From the IMG/VR virus record IMGVR_UViG_3300020375_000001, positions 143,749 through 207,748 of that record: DNA of 64,000 nucleotides; one strand, written 5' to 3'. Under the pieces are notes generated by a model that was given only the letters and a program-made list of their open reading frames with translations, did no database searches and had not been told where the DNA came from. The position numbers and the translations under genes are program-made. Positions 58,540 to 64,000 of this stretch are shown piece after piece. The first letter of the stretch is position 1. Each line of letters opens with the position of its first letter. Origin of the DNA: a virus. Taxonomy: Duplodnaviria > Caudoviricetes.

Positions 58540-61500
58540 ATGTCAATCGAGCCTATTAATAAATACCCGTTCGATAGTACTGCTGAGTCACCGACGAATT
58601 TCTTTCAGGATGAACGTCATGTGATTGAGCCGGATGGTTATAAAACACGAGTGGTGAGAGCTGGTCCTTTTTACAGCGAAACCCTAGTTGTTCGAACACC
58701 GTCTTCTATCGAACCGTTAGAGCGAGGTAAAGATTATCTCGTTAAGTATCTCTTTGAAGATGCGACACTAAAAACAGGTAAAGAAGTACACATTGCCATT
58801 TCAATGGTAGACCCTAACTGGCATGGGGAGCTTTTAATCTCTGGTCAAGTTGTGGGTGGTATGTATTCCTCTTTATACCCTACTGTGGTTGACGTGGTCA
58901 ATGGAATTCGTAAGAATTACGAAAACGTTGACTATAACGACTTAACCAATTTGCCAACTGCTTTCCCACCGGTATCACATCCTCACCATGTTAATGACTT
59001 GACTGGTATGGAGACACTGATTGAAGCAGTGCGTGAAAACAACCGTGCTATGAACGGGTCCTTGTTGTTCGATACCCGCCCATTAGAACGTTTGATTCGT
59101 CAGTCTGTTAATCGTACTGACCGTATTCAGCGACAGCCCTTTGAAGGCTCAACGTACGTCGGTCGCCATACCGGACCTATGACCTTTATCATGCCCGGTA
59201 CTCAAACACACAACTCTAACTTTGTGGCACGTATCCAGATTCAGAACCATGAAGGGTTTGAAATCCTTACGGTGTCTGGTCAGGAAGTCATTGAGCGCAT
59301 CGAGAAAGTCAAAGTACATGGTACAACGGCTTATGCCGTGGATATCTACCGTGACCGCAATATGCGCATCTGTGTATCAATTGGTAACGACACCACCGAG
59401 TGGGTAGATGCCACCATTGCCATTGAAAGTATTCTGTGGAGCGTGGATGACCCTGTGTATCGTGAGGTACCTTTACGTTGGTCACAAATGTCCGTCAATG
59501 AGTTGAAGACTCGTGAACCGACCCATATGGAGAAAATATTGGTTGTTGGTTCGCAGGCCCTGGGTAAACTGTACGGATACAGCGACGGCATTCCGATTGA
59601 CCTTGGTGCTGAAACCGAACCGTCTGAAACAACAGAGCTTACGGAAGAGGAAGCACAGCTTCGTGCTATTGAAAGTACGCTGCGGTCACTTCAACCGCAC
59701 AGCTTTGGTACGTTGAGTCGCCCTGAGATTGAAGGGGTTAAGATTAACCAATGGGTTAGCTCTTACGAAACTGGGGACACCATTATTCGTGTGGCCAGTA
59801 TCCCGGAAGGCATGATTGAAGACATGGACAACTCACTGCGTTGGGTTTTACGTGTTAACGATTTAGACGGTTATGTGTACTCTGAGGCAGGAATCATTCT
59901 GTCTGATGGGTCCGTGGCTTGGCGCTTTACTGGACGTGAATTATCCGACTGGCATTATTGGGAATTCGGACGGGCTATCCAAGAACGTTTGGAGATGGCA
60001 AAAGTTCCTGCTGGGGTATTGGAGACAATTACTCAGCCTGAACAGCTTGACCCGTATATCCTGAACACTGTTCCAACCTGGGGCACTGCATGGGATACTG
60101 CCTACGGTACCACGTATTCAACCACTGAGTACGAGAAGGTTAATACCAACTGGCTTACAGAAGCATCGCCAGAGGTTCAGACTAGCCGTTCTACGAGCTG
60201 GACAACTATGGACCTTACCAGTAAAACCACCACCATTCAAGGTGACGGTGAGTATCAGACACTGTGGACTACTACGAAGTCAACCGAGACTACGTATAAT
60301 ACTGGGTACAATACCGATACGTCCAGAAGTACAAGCAAGTCTACTACGACTACTTGGACAACTGCGACCGGTAAGACTACCGACCGTTCTACGTCGCGTG
60401 CGACTAATACGGCTTGGACTACGTCCTACAGTACCACTAAGTCACGTACTACTGAACTGGGTACAACTACTACCTGGTCTACTGCGCGTTCAACAACGAA
60501 ATCGCGTACAACTACAGTTAGTACCGGCGGGACTGCGACTACAAGTCATAGTACCACTACATCGTACAGCACGAATTATAGCACCAGTTATAACACTAGC
60601 TATAATACGTCTAAGTCGACAACTACTGTCTTCGGTACGAATAAGTCAACAACCACGTCTTATAATTCAAGCTACACAACGAATTATAATACTACCTTCG
60701 GTACGAATAGAAGCACTAACACGACTTGGTCAACCTCGAAGCCTACTTCGAAATCGACTACGACTAGTTGGGGCGCGTCACGTAACACCACGAAGAGTAG
60801 AAGTACTACCAAGTCTGCTAGCCGCACCACTTCTTGGACGACTAACTACCAGACACTCATTCGTGAGTCGTTTGATGAAGGTCCTGTTAGTAGAGCCACG
60901 TCGCGTACGACTGAGGCCACCACGTCTTGGAACTACTCGGCAACAACCAGTTGGACGGTTAATACTTCGTACACCGCAAGTAAGTCGACCACTACATCGT
61001 ACAACACGAGTTATAATACTAACCGTGGCACTACGACTACCTGGAATACTTCTCGTGGTACAAGTAAGTCGACCTCTAAATCAACTAGCAGGTCAACTAC
61101 AACTGCTTGGAACACCTCTAAGTCAACTACGACTACATGGGGAACCTCGCATACAACCAGCAAGTCCACGTCACACTCGACGTCTAGGTCTACTACCACA
61201 AGTTACTCCACCGGGGTTAGTGGGAATACGTCTTGGACAACCAGTTACAGCACTAACACTTCAGTTAGTACTAGTGCGACCACTACTACCCAGTGGGCCA
61301 CAAATTACAATGCTACTACTTCTCGTTCTACTAACCAGTCAACGAACACTGTTTGGAATACCAGCTACTCTACCGGTAGCACAAAACAAACAAGTGCTTC
61401 TACTACAACGCAGTTTACTACTACGTTTAGTACTGTTACACAGGTTGCTACAAGTAGAAACACCAACACGGCATACCAGACTTCACGTGCAACCACTGGC

Positions 61501-62712
61501 TTCAGTGATGTAAGTGTAAGCTACTTGACCGAGGTGGAGACTTCAGTAACAACAACTGGTGAGAAGCTAACTACTTGGACAACGTCACACACGACAAGTT
61601 CTGAGCTGGTTAAGCAGACTGAAACTAGCTGGACCACTGACTACATTGGTGGTACCTCTTGGTCTACTTCACGCCTGACCAACCGAAACACTTCTAAGAC
61701 TACCACTACGGCAGTTGACATGAGTGCGACGACAACTGTGGGTACATCTGCGACTGTAACAACATCGTGGGTAACTTCACATGAGACGGCGGTAGAAGGT
61801 AACGTGGAAACGGCAACATCGTGGAACACGTTACGTCAGACATCATGGCTGACATCCGCATCTACAGTGACAGTCTTCAGTACTGTTGTTGATGGTGTAA
61901 CAAGAGAGACAATCACCTCTTGGACAACGGAGTTTACAACGACTGCGTCAACGTCCTTTAACACGGCTGCAACAACTCTGGTGGGAACTAATGCGACCAC
62001 TACTACGAGTTACGCAACCAGCGTTGAGACCGCTGTGGATGGCTCAGTAGAGACGACGACAAATTGGACAACCAACAAGTCTACGACTACTAACTGGACA
62101 ACTACGGATACAACTAGTTGGACAACTGGCGCTAACACTAGCGTCACTAAGACAACTGTGGGCAATACAGCTACTAGCTGGACTAGCTCGGTTGATACGT
62201 CGTACAACACTGGTGTGCTGACTGATACCCAATGGGCAACGAATTTCCATACTCGTTGGACAACGTCTACATCAACTGTGGTACAAACTGGTGCAACTGT
62301 TACGACCACTTGGTTAACTCAGGCTACCACAGCTGGACAAACCAACGTAGCGTTGCGTGAAACCAACACAGCTCAAATGGCTGAAGTGACCACAACTTGG
62401 TCTACAGAGACTACGGTTTCTGAGAACACAAGTCGAAGCACTGATGTTAGCTGGCAGACTGCGCACCCAAGTGACCCGACTACGTCGATTACTACAAGTG
62501 CGGCAATCACCACTGCGTGGGTTAACGAGCGTCAAACTTCCATTAGTACAAGCAGTAGCTACATGACAGCTATTGAATCTGCGTTCTTAACTGAACATAC
62601 ACAGCAGACTAACTGGTACACTAATGTGAACACTGACAAGCTTACTACAAGAACGTCCGAAGCGACGACCTCTGTAACCACGTCACGTGACACAAGCTGG
62701 AACGGTACGTAA
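58540..62712 (+). CDS. Virion-anchored fibre protein: baseplate-attachment N-terminus plus Thr/Ser-rich giant beta-hairpin (1390 aa)
   Basis: N-terminal YPFDSTAESPTN...VVRAGPFY domain; C-terminal ~870 aa Thr/Ser-rich, with mirror complementarity around D779-E780 (i+j=1559). Confidence 0.87.
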   Translation: MSIEPINKYPFDSTAESPTNFFQDERHVIEPDGYKTRVVRAGPFYSETLVVRTPSSIEPLERGKDYLVKYLFEDATLKTGKEVHIAISMVDPNWHGELLISGQVVGGMYSSLYPTVVDVVNGIRKNYENVDYNDLTNLPTAFPPVSHPHHVNDLTGMETLIEAVRENNRAMNGSLLFDTRPLERLIRQSVNRTDRIQRQPFEGSTYVGRHTGPMTFIMPGTQTHNSNFVARIQIQNHEGFEILTVSGQEVIERIEKVKVHGTTAYAVDIYRDRNMRICVSIGNDTTEWVDATIAIESILWSVDDPVYREVPLRWSQMSVNELKTREPTHMEKILVVGSQALGKLYGYSDGIPIDLGAETEPSETTELTEEEAQLRAIESTLRSLQPHSFGTLSRPEIEGVKINQWVSSYETGDTIIRVASIPEGMIEDMDNSLRWVLRVNDLDGYVYSEAGIILSDGSVAWRFTGRELSDWHYWEFGRAIQERLEMAKVPAGVLETITQPEQLDPYILNTVPTWGTAWDTAYGTTYSTTEYEKVNTNWLTEASPEVQTSRSTSWTTMDLTSKTTTIQGDGEYQTLWTTTKSTETTYNTGYNTDTSRSTSKSTTTTWTTATGKTTDRSTSRATNTAWTTSYSTTKSRTTELGTTTTWSTARSTTKSRTTTVSTGGTATTSHSTTTSYSTNYSTSYNTSYNTSKSTTTVFGTNKSTTTSYNSSYTTNYNTTFGTNRSTNTTWSTSKPTSKSTTTSWGASRNTTKSRSTTKSASRTTSWTTNYQTLIRESFDEGPVSRATSRTTEATTSWNYSATTSWTVNTSYTASKSTTTSYNTSYNTNRGTTTTWNTSRGTSKSTSKSTSRSTTTAWNTSKSTTTTWGTSHTTSKSTSHSTSRSTTTSYSTGVSGNTSWTTSYSTNTSVSTSATTTTQWATNYNATTSRSTNQSTNTVWNTSYSTGSTKQTSASTTTQFTTTFSTVTQVATSRNTNTAYQTSRATTGFSDVSVSYLTEVETSVTTTGEKLTTWTTSHTTSSELVKQTETSWTTDYIGGTSWSTSRLTNRNTSKTTTTAVDMSATTTVGTSATVTTSWVTSHETAVEGNVETATSWNTLRQTSWLTSASTVTVFSTVVDGVTRETITSWTTEFTTTASTSFNTAATTLVGTNATTTTSYATSVETAVDGSVETTTNWTTNKSTTTNWTTTDTTSWTTGANTSVTKTTVGNTATSWTSSVDTSYNTGVLTDTQWATNFHTRWTTSTSTVVQTGATVTTTWLTQATTAGQTNVALRETNTAQMAEVTTTWSTETTVSENTSRSTDVSWQTAHPSDPTTSITTSAAITTAWVNERQTSISTSSSYMTAIESAFLTEHTQQTNWYTNVNTDKLTTRTSEATTSVTTSRDTSWNGT

Positions 62713-62730
62713 CCGTGTTACCTTGATTTA

Positions 62731-62759
62731 GGAGGGCTTCGGCCCTCCCTTATTTTTTT
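62731..62759 (+). terminator. Intrinsic terminator (a second, minus-strand hairpin lies at ~62768-62797)
   Basis: GGAGGGC-ttcg-GCCCTCC followed by a T-tract. Confidence 0.8.
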
Positions 62760-62800
62760 GTTTAGGCAAAAAAAATAAGGGAGTAACCACCCCCTATTTT

Positions 62801-63160
62801 TTAATAATCGTTTTGGTCGGGTGGAACCACCACCACTATATTGACGTCAACGGTATCCCACTCAAGGTAGTTCCAAATCTGATTGAGCCAAAAGGTTAGC
62901 TCCTGCAATTTGTGAACCACCCAATCATGGTCGGCATCTTTTGGTATATCAACGACTAGGTCTGAGGATATCACCATTAGATATTGCTTACGGTCATGGC
63001 GCACTACTACCGGTAGATAGTCTATGGAGTAGCATCTATTAGCTTCCACCCTTAGTTCAAGTGCAGACATATTCAAATCGTCAAGGGGAACCATTTTAAT
63101 GTGTTTACCCAATCCTTCAGGTGCGTTGCCTACCATGTTCTTTGCATTATTAAAACTCAT
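62801..63160 (-). CDS. Hypothetical protein (119 aa)
   Basis: AAAGGA SD. Confidence 0.75.
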   Translation of the reverse strand: MSFNNAKNMVGNAPEGLGKHIKMVPLDDLNMSALELRVEANRCYSIDYLPVVVRHDRKQYLMVISSDLVVDIPKDADHDWVVHKLQELTFWLNQIWNYLEWDTVDVNIVVVVPPDQNDY

Positions 63161-63177
63161 TGTCCTTTCCTTTCTCT

Positions 63178-63768
63178 TCAGTATTTTTCAGGGAAGTGGA
63201 ACCCCTCAGTTCCCTCACCCTCTGGGTCTGGCCGCTCGTTACCCTCATGGTGGTAACGTAGTTGAGCCATGATATTATTGATAGAAACCCCCGTATCCTT
63301 ATATGCCTCCCAAGCATTGGCGTATAAGGTAGTTCCTTCCGCTGTGGTGTATGCTATCTCACCACTTAACCGGCGAAGGTCCACAATGGCCGACCACTCT
63401 TTACGATTGCGTGCTATGGACTCCTGTGCAATTTCATCTTCCGAAGGAAGTAAATCATTACCAGTCGGATTGTTATCGTGACAATACCACTGCTCCCTAG
63501 GAACCTCCCCCTCAGCAAGAGTCTCGTGGCAACGATGCATGTTTTCAAACTCCTTATTGACATCAACTAACTCCGCCATACGTGTACGGAATGTTTCCAA
63601 CTCAACACTATCTTCCACCTCAACAATGAACTTATCCATTTTCCAGTTTTCATTACCAGGGTCGCAAATTTCTTCATTAACGTATTTCGATACTCCTAGT
63701 TTTGCTAGTAGGGCAGGAACACGTTTACCATCGTCAAAACCTTCAGTTCTAAATGCAAAAGTTTTCAT
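63178..63768 (-). CDS. Hypothetical early protein (196 aa)
   Basis: Extended RBS; follows a promoter motif. Confidence 0.78.
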   Translation of the reverse strand: MKTFAFRTEGFDDGKRVPALLAKLGVSKYVNEEICDPGNENWKMDKFIVEVEDSVELETFRTRMAELVDVNKEFENMHRCHETLAEGEVPREQWYCHDNNPTGNDLLPSEDEIAQESIARNRKEWSAIVDLRRLSGEIAYTTAEGTTLYANAWEAYKDTGVSINNIMAQLRYHHEGNERPDPEGEGTEGFHFPEKY

Positions 63769-63811
63769 TATCTCTTCCTTTTATTTAAGATTAGTAACCT
63801 GTTACACCTGA

Positions 63812-63821
63812 ATGATATATG
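63812..63821 (-). promoter_or_regulatory. Putative early promoter core CATATATCAT
   Basis: Identical to the core at 1986-1995; again directly after a hairpin+ATGCCG element. Confidence 0.6.
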
Positions 63822-64000
63822 TTTATTATTTACCGGCATAAGCAGGGAGCATCCGCCCCCCACTTAAATGTACATACAGGGCCCTACAAGCCATTCTAAG
63901 CGACGTTGTGTTTATAGACCATAAAAGTTACCAGTCTGTAACTAACGCAGCTTAGAGAGGACGTGAGTGTGTTAGTGTGCAGGTACTACTTCTTCCTTGG

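Noticed and set aside
60242-61513. 423-aa Leu/Arg/Pro-rich ORF, and other alternate-frame ORFs overlapping the Thr/Ser-rich genes (e.g. 54773-55633)
   Set aside because: Shadow frames produced by ACN/TCN codon runs that rarely create stops; no RBS and no protein-like composition.
53866-62712. DNA-level inverted or tandem repeats, or a CRISPR-like array, in the Thr/Ser genes
   Set aside because: The symmetry is in amino-acid properties. Codons are diversified, and I saw no fixed-length repeat-spacer structure or nucleotide palindrome.
63178-63330. Possible NUMOD1-like HTH at the C-terminus of the 196-aa protein
   Set aside because: Weak pattern and no nuclease domain; left as hypothetical.
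1-64000. tRNA/rRNA genes and a specific host or phage species name
   Set aside because: No cloverleaf or rRNA signatures were noticed by eye (tRNAscan-SE was not run), and identity cannot be fixed without a database search.

Overview
This window is a 64-kb segment of a phiKZ-like (Chimalliviridae-type) jumbo myophage genome. The gene order follows, from memory, the phiKZ gp175-gp182 block (prohead protease, virion RNA polymerase subunits, tape measure) and the gp149-gp165 block (vRNAP beta C-terminal subunit, RecA-like, RNase H, SbcC-like). After these come early accessory genes and a fibre/baseplate cluster. The vRNAP beta gene is split by a 1,541-nt group I (IA-like) intron whose endonuclease gene sits in the P1 loop. 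The most striking observation is at 53.9-62.7 kb. Two paralogous Thr/Ser-rich proteins (937 aa and 1390 aa) are protein-level pseudo-palindromes: about a shared FDEGPVSR tip, aromatic residues on one arm face Lys/Arg/His on the other at a fixed register (i+j=809 and i+j=1559) over 200-360 residues per arm. This implies giant antiparallel beta-hairpin fibres. A radical SAM/SPASM-like enzyme and a KpsS/KpsC-like glycosyltransferase-like gene lie between the two, suggesting a dedicated system for cross-linking and/or glycosylating virion fibres. Other notable items are a Tad2-like (DUF2829) fusion protein, an ADP-ribosyltransferase-like gene between RNAP genes, a tape measure ending in an M23 peptidase, and a recurrent hairpin+TATGCCG gene-boundary signal. 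All family assignments come from motif recognition and remembered synteny; no database searches were run. I saw no tRNA, rRNA or CRISPR array.
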